Source: an uncultured Solirubrobacteraceae bacterium
GTDB taxonomy: Bacteria > Actinomycetota > Thermoleophilia > Solirubrobacterales > Solirubrobacteraceae
Reading direction: 5' to 3'
DNA: 52,109 nucleotides
NCBI GenBank assembly: GCA_964588985.1
Contig: CAZPQW010000012.1
Coordinates: forward strand, 46,964-99,072
Notes under the pieces: generated by a model
What the model saw: the letters and a program-made list of their open reading frames with translations, nothing else
Database searches by the model: none
Told to the model about the DNA's origin: nothing
Part shown: positions 9,134 to 17,967 of the stretch, piece by piece
Layout of the letters: each line of letters opens with the position of its first letter
How positions within the stretch are numbered: the stretch's first letter is position 1
Made by a program: the position numbers and the translations under genes

Positions 9134-9177
9134 AGGGCCATTGTAGGTACACCGGGCGATAGGTACGCTAAGCCCAG

Positions 9178-10593
9178 ATGCCGCAACGCCACCTCGATCG
9201 ACTGACTCCTGTAGACGCCTCCTTCCTGCACCAGGAGGGACCCGTGTCGCACATGCACATCGGCGGCGTGACGATCATGGAAGGGCCGCCGCCGACGACG
9301 GACGAGTTCCTCGAACAGATCCGCCGGCGGCTGCACCTCGTGCCGCGCTACCGCCACAAGCTCGCCTACACCGCCATAGACAGCGGCCGTCCGGTCTGGA
9401 TCGACGATCCGAGCTTCAACCTCGAGTACCACATACGGCACACCGCGCTGCCCGCCCCGGGAGGCTGGGAGCAACTGCAGGAGCTGACCGCGAGGATCTT
9501 CTCCCAGCAGCTGGACCGAACCAAGCCGTTGTGGGAGATGTGGCTGATCGAGGGCCTCGAAGAGGACCGCTTCGCGCTGATCACCAAGACCCACCACTCG
9601 CTGATCGACGGGATTGCGGGCGTGGACCTCGCGACGGTGCTGTTCGACCTCTCCCCAGACCCTCCGCAGATCCCCCACTCCGGGCGCCCGTGGCAGCCGC
9701 ACCCCGAGCCCAGCACCGCGCATCTGCTCGCGGCGGGCGCGGCGGGCGCGGCGCGCACCGGCGTGTCGCTGGTCGAGGGAGCGATGGACGCGATCACGCA
9801 CCCCGAGCGAGCGCTCGCGAGGGCGCGGGAAGCCGCGGAGGGCATCGGCGAGATCATCTGGGCCGGGCTGAACCCCGCCCCGGAAACGCCGCTCAACGTC
9901 CCCATCGGGCCGCACCGCCGGTTCGTCGGCGTGACCAGCCAGCTGGCGGACCTCAAGACGGTGAAGAACGCGTTCGGCGGAACGGTCAACGATGTCGTGC
10001 TCGCGGTCGTCGCGGGCGCGCTGCGCTCGTTCCTCCAGTCCCGCGGGCGGCGCACCGCCGGCGTGGAGATGCGCGCGCTGGTGCCGGTGTCGGTGCGGAC
10101 GGAGGGCGAGCACGACGGCGCCGGCAACCGCATCGTGGTTATGCGCGGGCCGCTGCCGGTGTACATCTCCGACCCGCTCAACCGGCTGCGCTTCGTCTCG
10201 AGCGCGATGGACGGCCTGAAGGAGTCCAAGCAGGCGCTCGGCGCGGAGGTGATCGCTGGCGCACAGAACTTCGCGCCCCCCACGATCCTCGCGCAGGCCT
10301 CGCGCCTTAACTTCTCCACGCGGCTGTTCAACCTCATCGTCACCAACGTCCCCGGCCCGCAGTTCCCGCTGTACGTGCTCGGCCGCGAGATGCTGCAGGC
10401 GATACCCGTTGCGTTCCTGCCCGAAAACCACGCGCTCGCGATCGCGATCATGTCCTACAACGGCCAGATGAACTTCGGGCTGCTCGGCGACTTCGACGCC
10501 CTTCCGGACATCGGCACGATCGGCGAGAACATAGCCGCGGAACTCGCGAACCTGGTCTCGCTCGCACGCGAGTCCGCCGCCACACCCGCCTGA
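9178..10593 (+). CDS. Wax ester synthase/diacylglycerol acyltransferase (WS/DGAT)
   Basis: Catalytic HHSLIDG, LDRTKPLWE, TVNDVVL, TNVPGPQFPLY. Confidence 0.93.
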   Translation: MPQRHLDRLTPVDASFLHQEGPVSHMHIGGVTIMEGPPPTTDEFLEQIRRRLHLVPRYRHKLAYTAIDSGRPVWIDDPSFNLEYHIRHTALPAPGGWEQLQELTARIFSQQLDRTKPLWEMWLIEGLEEDRFALITKTHHSLIDGIAGVDLATVLFDLSPDPPQIPHSGRPWQPHPEPSTAHLLAAGAAGAARTGVSLVEGAMDAITHPERALARAREAAEGIGEIIWAGLNPAPETPLNVPIGPHRRFVGVTSQLADLKTVKNAFGGTVNDVVLAVVAGALRSFLQSRGRRTAGVEMRALVPVSVRTEGEHDGAGNRIVVMRGPLPVYISDPLNRLRFVSSAMDGLKESKQALGAEVIAGAQNFAPPTILAQASRLNFSTRLFNLIVTNVPGPQFPLYVLGREMLQAIPVAFLPENHALAIAIMSYNGQMNFGLLGDFDALPDIGTIGENIAAELANLVSLARESAATPA

Positions 10594-10639
10594 GCGCACA
10601 AGCCCTCGCGCACCCTGGCGCGGATAGTCTCTTCGCCCG

Positions 10640-11005
10640 ATGGACCGACAGGCCCAACTCGAGCGGATCAAGGCGTGGCTCGCGCACGGGCGGCGACGGG
10701 TCTACGCGGGCGGGGGCGCAGCGCTGGTCGTGGTGGTCGCGCTCACGCTCGCCTTCGAGCCGAGCGCGAGAGTGCCGATCGGCAAGGTGCAGGAAATGAT
10801 CAACGCCCGCTACAACACCGGCAGCTCGAGGTGCGTCACCGCAGCCGGCGGGCGCGACCTCTGTCAGGTGGCGACCGACAAGTGCCGTGGCACGCTGCTC
10901 GTGAAAGCGGTCGACGAGGAAATCTTCACGATCGTGACCGCCACCCCGGAGCGGCTGCGCTCAACCGAAGCGTGCGCCAACCCTGAAACGCTCATGCCTC
11001 AGTAG
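10640..11005 (+). CDS. Small membrane-anchored hypothetical protein (4 Cys)
   Basis: One N-terminal hydrophobic helix; the ORF fills the gap between neighbours. Confidence 0.55.
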   Translation: MDRQAQLERIKAWLAHGRRRVYAGGGAALVVVVALTLAFEPSARVPIGKVQEMINARYNTGSSRCVTAAGGRDLCQVATDKCRGTLLVKAVDEEIFTIVTATPERLRSTEACANPETLMPQ

Positions 11006-12869
11006 ACGAGGACGAATCGCGCGCTAGCGCGATCAGCTCCGGACCAGGGTCGAGCGTGACCGCGTATCGCGTCGGCGGCGATTCAACTCCGTCTGATGGT
11101 GGCTTCGTCGCTGTGAGCGCCCGGAATCCCGTCGATGCTCGAATCGCGTCGAATGCGGGGTCGCCCCGCGCTTCGTTGAGCGCTTCCTCGCTGCGCCCGA
11201 TCGCACGTCTCAACAACGTCACCGCCTGCAGGGTACGGCCGCTCGCCTGCTCGGCCGTCGCGCCCGGAGCGCCTGCGTATCGCGCCCAGAAGCACGCCAG
11301 GTTGTATTCCGCGGTGGCCGTGAGCCAGTCGTCGTCGAAGCTGGGGGCATGCTCCACGTGGTTCGTTTGCACCAACTCGACCGTCTTGCGCAGGACCGAG
11401 ATCGGCTGCTCTAGCGCCACCACGAGCGCCCGCAGTCGAGTCTGCTCGCCGTGGATCGAGATCGCCGCGCAGAGGTCGTCCAAGTTCATGCGTGCTCGCT
11501 CTCCCTCGTTCGCATAGATGTCGCAAACGATCTGCATGTAGCGGGCCCGGTACCAAATCGGTTCGGTGATGCACGAAGCCGTCGATGCCACCACGGCCAG
11601 GTGCCCGGCGGCGTTCGCGACACGGGCGTCCCAGCTTTCACGGCTGCCGTTCTCGATCTCTTCTCTCACCTCGTCTGTTAGCGGCTCGACTTCATCCTGT
11701 GGTCGCTGCATGAGCAGCGCGGCGAGATTCAGTCGCGCGCCGATGTTGCCTGGGTCGCAGTCGAGCGCCTGTTCGTACAGGCGACGCCTCTTGGCGCTGT
11801 CCGGAACGAGCTCACCGAGCGCGAACTGCGCGTACGAGCGCCAGTCGCTTGTGTGCAGAGGCGGCCTGGACGACTTGAAGCCCAGCGAGCGACGGTATGC
11901 GAGCCATACGGCCGCCGGCAGGATCAGACGCTCGTAGCGCACCGCGTCGGTCGCGTTCGCGCCCGCTTCCTTGAGCATGAATTCCGTCTCCCAGATCGTG
12001 ATCTGGTCGACCGTGCGGCCGTTGCGCGTGCTCAACACGAGCGTCAGACCGGCGCCGCGGTGCTCGTGTACGGGATGAACCGTGCCGGAGACGATCTCGA
12101 GGTTGCGATACAGAAGCCCGTCGAGCATCTGGACGAGGCCCGCAATGAGGCCCGCGTCGGGTACGACTTCGCTCACAGCCGTGGGGATTTCGAACTTTGG
12201 CTCGGTGCCGCTCTGCCAGTCGACCGCGCGTCCGGCGCCTTCGTCGCCCATGCGTGCGAGCATCGTGTTGAGGGCCGAGGTGAGCACCGCCGTGAGCGTC
12301 TCTTCGCTCGACCCGCTGAACCCTTCGATCCGCGCGGAGCGCAGGAAGCGCGAGGTGAGCCTGTTCGCGAGGGTGACGAGGAGCATCACCGCGACGAGCA
12401 ACCCGACGATCGCGGCGGTGAGTTCGAGCGCGAAGCGCGCCGGCGGACCGTAGCGACCCAGCTGACGACGCCACCAACCGGTTCGCTGCCCGATCGAGCG
12501 AAGGCTCGCTGGGATGGGTGTAGCCGAGCTCTGCACCACCGACTTCACGAGCGCCCGCGCATCTTCTTCGAAGCCCGCGTTCTGCAGCCTCAATGCCTGC
12601 GCCAGCTGTTCACTCGGTCCTGGGGGAGGAGACGCTGCCGCTTCGCGTGCCTGCGTGACCAGCTCGGCCGTCGCACACGGGGCTACCCCAAGAAGCTTTT
12701 CGTATTCCTGCTCAGCCTTCGCGAAGAGCTTCGCCGCATACAGCGCATGCGCACGCGCACACCGATCCGCGGCGCTCGCCGGCTGCGGAGCGGCGCCCAT
12801 GCACACGACGGCCGCGAGCAGGCCGGCGACCACCACCCGCATTGAAGCGAACCCCCGAACGCTCGGCAT
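10992..12869 (-). CDS. Hypothetical membrane protein with signal peptide and TPR-like repeats
   Basis: Signal-like N-terminus and one TM segment. TPR-like segments: LYEQALDCDPGNIGARLNLA and YNLACFWA...ARGDPAFDAIR. Confidence 0.7.
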   Translation of the reverse strand: MPSVRGFASMRVVVAGLLAAVVCMGAAPQPASAADRCARAHALYAAKLFAKAEQEYEKLLGVAPCATAELVTQAREAAASPPPGPSEQLAQALRLQNAGFEEDARALVKSVVQSSATPIPASLRSIGQRTGWWRRQLGRYGPPARFALELTAAIVGLLVAVMLLVTLANRLTSRFLRSARIEGFSGSSEETLTAVLTSALNTMLARMGDEGAGRAVDWQSGTEPKFEIPTAVSEVVPDAGLIAGLVQMLDGLLYRNLEIVSGTVHPVHEHRGAGLTLVLSTRNGRTVDQITIWETEFMLKEAGANATDAVRYERLILPAAVWLAYRRSLGFKSSRPPLHTSDWRSYAQFALGELVPDSAKRRRLYEQALDCDPGNIGARLNLAALLMQRPQDEVEPLTDEVREEIENGSRESWDARVANAAGHLAVVASTASCITEPIWYRARYMQIVCDIYANEGERARMNLDDLCAAISIHGEQTRLRALVVALEQPISVLRKTVELVQTNHVEHAPSFDDDWLTATAEYNLACFWARYAGAPGATAEQASGRTLQAVTLLRRAIGRSEEALNEARGDPAFDAIRASTGFRALTATKPPSDGVESPPTRYAVTLDPGPELIALARDSSSSTEA

Positions 12870-12968
12870 CGCGTCAATATGACGGGACGTGCGGTCGGAA
12901 TCAACCGCTTAGTTGAAATAGGCTTGCGTGTTTCCGCTCAGCAAGCGTGTTCGCTCGTACGCGCCTGC

Positions 12969-13283
12969 TCAGTACCCCAGCGCGAACTTCGCGTCTTCGC
13001 TCATCATCTCCGGCGACCAGGCCGGCGTGAACACCATCTCCGATTCGACCGAGGCGACACCTTCGAGTTCGCCCACGAACTCTTCGATCTGTTCGTTGAC
13101 CTGCGGGCCGATCGGACACCCCGGTGTGGTCAGCGTGAACGTAACCTTCACGTTGCCGCCGGTGATCTCCACGCCGTAGATCAGCCCCAGCTCGACGAAG
13201 TCCAGCCCGAGCTCCGGGTCGATCACATTCGACAACGCGTCCATGATGTCTTCCTCGGTGAGCAGCGCTGCGGCGTCGGCCAT
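12969..13283 (-). CDS. Metal-sulfur cluster assembly factor (DUF59/SufT family)
   Basis: VIDPELGLDFVELGLIY, TLTTPGCP, PAWSPEMMSEDAK. ATG 13283 is preceded by TAGACT. Confidence 0.92.
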   Translation of the reverse strand: MADAAALLTEEDIMDALSNVIDPELGLDFVELGLIYGVEITGGNVKVTFTLTTPGCPIGPQVNEQIEEFVGELEGVASVESEMVFTPAWSPEMMSEDAKFALGY

Positions 13284-13432
13284 GCCAGGCAGTCTAGCTG
13301 GGTTCGCAGCACGCGCTAGGGCGTCGAGGGGCAAGCGAGACACGACCGGGCCGGCGCCGCAGGACGCAGGGAGCGTGGCGTGCGTCGCACGCGAGCGACC
13401 GAGGACGCAGTATCGCGCCGCTCATCGGCGTC

Positions 13433-13888
13433 CTAGTTGTCGCAGCCTAGGCGGTCCCACATATACAGCTGTATGCACTCGTTCGCCAGCTCGATCGCGC
13501 GCTCGCGCGACAGGCGCGGCAGCACCGTGTCGAGCGCCTGGTCCTCCGCGACACCGGCCTGGAAGGCTTCCTCACCGCGGAAGCCCGCCGCGATCTTCAG
13601 CGCCTCGCGCCGGTTCTCGCCTAGGCTCGGGAACACGCCCACGAGGAAGTCCGTGTTGGGAATCGGCTGGCCGACCTCCAGCGAGGCGTGCCACGCGGCG
13701 AGCAGGTGGAGATCCTCCTCGTCGAGGTCCGCGATCGCCTTGGCGTAGTGCACGCACAGTTCCTGGTCGGGGATGTCGTCGACCCAGGCGCGGACCACCT
13801 CGCCGACGAGCTGGCGGCGCGCCTCGCGCCCGACCGACTCGGCGATGACGCGGATCGCATCCTGAGGCTCGATGAAGCAGAGTGGCAT
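13433..13888 (-). CDS. Hypothetical protein
   Basis: 151-aa ORF with GGGAG SD and host-like codon usage; no recognised motif. Confidence 0.6.
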   Translation of the reverse strand: MPLCFIEPQDAIRVIAESVGREARRQLVGEVVRAWVDDIPDQELCVHYAKAIADLDEEDLHLLAAWHASLEVGQPIPNTDFLVGVFPSLGENRREALKIAAGFRGEEAFQAGVAEDQALDTVLPRLSRERAIELANECIQLYMWDRLGCDN

Positions 13889-13968
13889 CGCGGCTCCCGT
13901 GGGGTTAGGAACAAATTGCAGCAGGGACTGTAAGCGGCCGTGTGGACGGCACTTTTGCCGGCTGACGC

Positions 13969-14970
13969 TCAGAGACCGAGAGCGTCGCCGACGCGATCGA
14001 GCGCGTCGCCGTCACTGCCCTGCGGTGAGACGCCCATCGTCGCGCGCGTCGGCGCGGCCCAGTTGGCGAGGGCCAGGTCGAGCGCCTCGATCGGCACCGA
14101 GGCGGCCTGTGCGAGCGCCTCCGCGCGACGCTCGAGCAGCAGTGGATCGCCGATCCCGAACACCCGCTTGGCGCCCAGCGTCGTGAGATCGTCGGCGGGC
14201 GCGCCCGTCAAGCGCAGCGAGCCGGGCTGCAGCTCGTAGAGACCGAGCCTGCCGAGCGTGACGAGCAGGTCGTAGCGGCCCATCCGCCCGAAGCCCGGGA
14301 GCGCGAGCCGCTCGTGCAGGCGCTCGAAGCGCCGCTGCGACGTCCACGCCTCGTCACCGCCGAACGCGAGCGCCTGCGAGCCTCCGGAGCGCTCCACCCA
14401 CTGGCGATAGGCGACAAGCGTGTCCGCGCCACGCGCCGGGTCGTGCGAGCTGCGAGGCCCGAGCGGCACGTCGGTGAGGTCGGGGAGCACCGCGCGGCCG
14501 CCGTCGGGCGTGATGGCAAGTGCTTGGCGGATGCCCGCGAATGGTTCGTCGCCCTCGATCGGGCAGAGATAGGCGACCAGGAAGCCGATCCAGCTCGCCT
14601 GCTCGATGTCCGTCGCCGCGAGCGTGCGAATCTCGCCGTAGAGGTCTGGCGGGTCGGCGGCCAGAGCGAGCAGCCGCCCGTTCGAGAACGCGATCTCGTC
14701 CGCGAGCCGCAGCGCGTCGACCGACGCGCGCACGCCGGGGATCAGGGGCGAGCTGTAGCCGTCGTCCTCCGCGCGGCCCTCGCGGCGGACGCGCACTCCC
14801 TCTCCGCGTACCCGCCTGCCGCGGCTGACGGTTCCGGCAGATCCGCGCGAGCGCGCGCCGCCGCTCTTGGGGCGTGCGGGGCGCCCTGCGCTCGGCTCAT
14901 TGCCGGGCAGGCTCTTGCTGCAGATCGGGCAGCGCTCTACGAAGCGGCCGTGGCGACAGAAGGTCGGCAT
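13969..14970 (-). CDS. Probable alpha-glutamyl/putrescinyl thymine pyrophosphorylase clade 3-like protein with a Cys/His-rich N-terminus
   Basis: RRFERLHERLALPGFGRMGRYDLLVTLGRLGLYELQPGSL...GAKRVFG resembles the family core as I recall it. N-terminus is CRHxxxxxxCPIC. Confidence 0.6.
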   Translation of the reverse strand: MPTFCRHGRFVERCPICSKSLPGNEPSAGRPARPKSGGARSRGSAGTVSRGRRVRGEGVRVRREGRAEDDGYSSPLIPGVRASVDALRLADEIAFSNGRLLALAADPPDLYGEIRTLAATDIEQASWIGFLVAYLCPIEGDEPFAGIRQALAITPDGGRAVLPDLTDVPLGPRSSHDPARGADTLVAYRQWVERSGGSQALAFGGDEAWTSQRRFERLHERLALPGFGRMGRYDLLVTLGRLGLYELQPGSLRLTGAPADDLTTLGAKRVFGIGDPLLLERRAEALAQAASVPIEALDLALANWAAPTRATMGVSPQGSDGDALDRVGDALGL

Positions 14971-16346
14971 GGTGCCGGCGGACGATAGCCGTTCGCGCGT
15001 GCGCGCTCGGCGCCTGCGCGGCGCTCCCTCGCGATGTCGTAGAGGTAGTCGTCGTAGTCGACCTGGATCGTGTGGCGCTTGGAGGCCACGTAGCGCTTGC
15101 GCATCGCCGCCTGGTCGGCCGCGATGTCGGCGCGGATCTCAGCGTCGCTCGGCAGCGCGTAGTCGCCGAGCAGATAGTCCCCGACCCACTCGCCCTGTGC
15201 CTCCGCCAGCGGCATGATCGCTCCGAGCGGCTGCAGCAGGCCGATGAAGTACACGCCCGGGACGTCCGGGTGGAAGACCCTGCGGAACAGCTCGATGTGG
15301 TTCTCCGGCGCGGAGATGAAGTCCTCCTCGAAGAACGGGAACGAGATCTTGTAGCCGGTGCAGTACACGACCACGTCCGCGTCCACAACCGTGCCGTCCT
15401 CGAAGCGCACCTGCGAGCCCTCCAGCGACGCGATGTTCGGCTTTGGCGTGACCGTGCCGTGCTGGATGCGGTCGAGGATCCGCCCGGAGACCGTCGGATG
15501 GGCCTCGCCGAAGCGGTGGTTGGGCTTGGGCAGGCCGAAGCGCTCGGGCGATCCGGCGTACGTCTTGACCAGTTGCTGGATGAGGCGTTGGCGGAGCTTG
15601 AAGGGGATGCGGGGATCGTTGCGCAGCTGGTCCGTCGGTTTGCCGAATATGTACTTCGGGATGATCCAGACGCCTTGGCGCGCAGCCAGGTACGTGCGCT
15701 CGGCCACGTAGCTGCTCTCGACCGCCAGGTCCATCGCGCTGTTCCCCATCCCGAGGATCACCACGCGCTTGCCCTCGAAGATCTTGTTGTCGATGTAGGA
15801 GTGCGCGTGCAGCTGTTGGCCGGCGAACGTGTCCGCGCCGGGGAACGCCGGTTCGGGCCAGCGCGGAAGCCAGTGGTGGCCGTTGGCCACGAGCAGCGCA
15901 TCGTAGGTGCGTGTCTCGCCCGTGTCGAGCTCCACCGTCCAGGTGCCGTCGTCTTCGCGCGAGACGTGCTGCACGCCCGTCTGGAAGACGATCTTGTCGC
16001 GGAAGCCGAAGTGGTCGACGTATTCCTCGAAGTACGCCGCGATCTGGGTGTGGTGCGGGAAGTCCGGGTAGGAGTCGGGCATCGGGAAGTCCGAGTACTC
16101 CATTTTCGGGCGCGAGGTGTTGATGAACAGGTCGCGGTAGGCGGCGGACATGCCGTTGGTGTTTTCGAACACCCAGTTGCCGCCGATCCGGTCGGACTTC
16201 TCGAAGCAGTCGAAGTCGATCCCGCGCTCGTGCAGCGCCTTTGCCGCCGCGATCCCCGAGGAGCCGGCCCCGATCACACACACCCGCGGTCCGCTCTGCA
16301 CAGTCTCACCCTCCGTGTAAATCTCGTTTTCCGATGACGGCGCCAT
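14937..16346 (-). CDS. Flavin-containing monooxygenase (class B FMO)
   Basis: GAGSSG, FxGxxxHxxxY (FAGQQLHAHSY), GMGNSA, CTGY. Confidence 0.93.
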   Translation of the reverse strand: MAPSSENEIYTEGETVQSGPRVCVIGAGSSGIAAAKALHERGIDFDCFEKSDRIGGNWVFENTNGMSAAYRDLFINTSRPKMEYSDFPMPDSYPDFPHHTQIAAYFEEYVDHFGFRDKIVFQTGVQHVSREDDGTWTVELDTGETRTYDALLVANGHHWLPRWPEPAFPGADTFAGQQLHAHSYIDNKIFEGKRVVILGMGNSAMDLAVESSYVAERTYLAARQGVWIIPKYIFGKPTDQLRNDPRIPFKLRQRLIQQLVKTYAGSPERFGLPKPNHRFGEAHPTVSGRILDRIQHGTVTPKPNIASLEGSQVRFEDGTVVDADVVVYCTGYKISFPFFEEDFISAPENHIELFRRVFHPDVPGVYFIGLLQPLGAIMPLAEAQGEWVGDYLLGDYALPSDAEIRADIAADQAAMRKRYVASKRHTIQVDYDDYLYDIARERRAGAERARANGYRPPAPCRPSVATAAS

Positions 16347-16395
16347 CTATCGAAAGCCTAGCGGCCGTTCGACGTTCAGGCGTTGTCCTGGCTGC

Positions 16396-17967
16396 TCAGC
16401 CAGCACCGATGCCGGGGCCGACGTGCTGCGGCGGGCCCTCAGGGCCTTCGTCCGCGTCGGCGTGCCCGGCGATGCCGTCGTCTTCGATCGAGACTCCCGA
16501 TCCATCGGCGTCGGCGCGCTTGGCGGCGAGATAGCGCTCGACCATGCGCGCGCACTGGCGTCCCTCGTTGATCGCCCACACGATCAGCGACTGCCCGCGG
16601 CGCGCGTCGCCCGCCGCGAACACCCCGTCCACGGAGGTCGTGTAGGGCTTTACGGCCTTCACGTTCCCGCGCGGGTCCTTCTCAACGCCGAGCTGGTCGA
16701 GCAGCTCCTGCTCGGGGTGCAGGAAGCCCATAGCGAGCAGCACCAGCTGCGCGGGCAGCTCGCGGTCGCTGCCGGGTACGGGGGCGAACGGCGGTGCCGC
16801 CTCCGCTTCGGCGATATGCAGGGCAGCTAGCGCACCGTTGCCGTCGTCGACGAAGCGGGTGGTGGTGACCGAGTAGTCCTGCTCGCCCATGCCGAGCTTC
16901 CTGGTCTCCTCCATCGCGTAGCTCAGGCGGTACTTCTGCGGCCACAGCGGCCACGGCGTACGGTCGTCGGGCCGGTGCTCGGGCGGCTCGGGCAGAAGCT
17001 CCAGTTGCACGATCGAGCGGGCGCCCTCGCGCAGCGAGTTGCCGACGCAGTCCGCGCCCGTGTCGCCGCCGCCGATCACCACCACGTCCTTGTCCTTCGC
17101 CGTGATCGTCTTCTCGATCGCCGGCTGCGGCATGGTCGGCTCGGGGCCGAGCTCGCGCGCCACCCAGCGGTTGCGCTGGTAGAGGTAGTCCATCGCGAAG
17201 TGCACACCGTCGAGCTCGCGGCCGGGGATCGGGAGGTCGCGCGGGGTGCGCGACCCGGTGGCCAGCACCACCGCGTCGAAGCTCTCCCGCAGCTCCTCGA
17301 CGGTCACATCACTACCGACCTCCACGCCGCAGCGGATCTCCACGCCCTCGGCGACCAGCTGCTCGACGCGCCGCTGCACGACCGTCTTCTCGATCTTGAA
17401 GTCGGGCACCCCGAAGCGCACGAGTCCGCCGACGGACTCGTCGCGCTCGAACAGCGTCACGCTGTGTCCGGCGCGGCGCAGCTGCTGCGCCGCCGCCATG
17501 CCGGCGGGCCCGGAGCCGACCACCGCGACCGACTGGCCGGTCTCGCGCCGCGGCGGCTTCGGCACGACCCATCCCTCGGCCCACGCACGGTCGATGATCG
17601 TGTTCTCGATCTGTTTGATCGTCACCGCGTCGCCCTCGCGGATCTCCAGCACGCATGCCGCCTCGCACGGCGCCGGGCACAGGCGTCCGGTGAACTCGGG
17701 GAAGTTGTTCGTCGCGTGCAGCTGCGCGATCGCGTCCTCGAAGCGGTCGCGGTAGACGAGGTCGTTCCAGTCGGGGATCAGGTTCCCGAGCGGACAGCCG
17801 TTGTGGCAGAAGGGAACCCCGCAGTCCATGCAGCGGGCGCCCTGGTCGCGCAGCTCCTCCACGGGCCGCTTGAGCTGGAACTCGCGGTAGTCGTGCGCGC
17901 GCTCGACCGGGTCCCGCTGGGGGACGCCGTGGCGCTCGATCTGCAGGAAGCCCCCGAGCTTGCCCAT
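16396..17967 (-). CDS. gltD: Glutamate synthase small subunit
   Basis: MGKLGGFL start at 17967; RCMDCGVPFCHNGCP, GSGPAG, GGGDTGADC, AGDARRGQSLIVWAI. Confidence 0.96.
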   Translation of the reverse strand: MGKLGGFLQIERHGVPQRDPVERAHDYREFQLKRPVEELRDQGARCMDCGVPFCHNGCPLGNLIPDWNDLVYRDRFEDAIAQLHATNNFPEFTGRLCPAPCEAACVLEIREGDAVTIKQIENTIIDRAWAEGWVVPKPPRRETGQSVAVVGSGPAGMAAAQQLRRAGHSVTLFERDESVGGLVRFGVPDFKIEKTVVQRRVEQLVAEGVEIRCGVEVGSDVTVEELRESFDAVVLATGSRTPRDLPIPGRELDGVHFAMDYLYQRNRWVARELGPEPTMPQPAIEKTITAKDKDVVVIGGGDTGADCVGNSLREGARSIVQLELLPEPPEHRPDDRTPWPLWPQKYRLSYAMEETRKLGMGEQDYSVTTTRFVDDGNGALAALHIAEAEAAPPFAPVPGSDRELPAQLVLLAMGFLHPEQELLDQLGVEKDPRGNVKAVKPYTTSVDGVFAAGDARRGQSLIVWAINEGRQCARMVERYLAAKRADADGSGVSIEDDGIAGHADADEGPEGPPQHVGPGIGAG

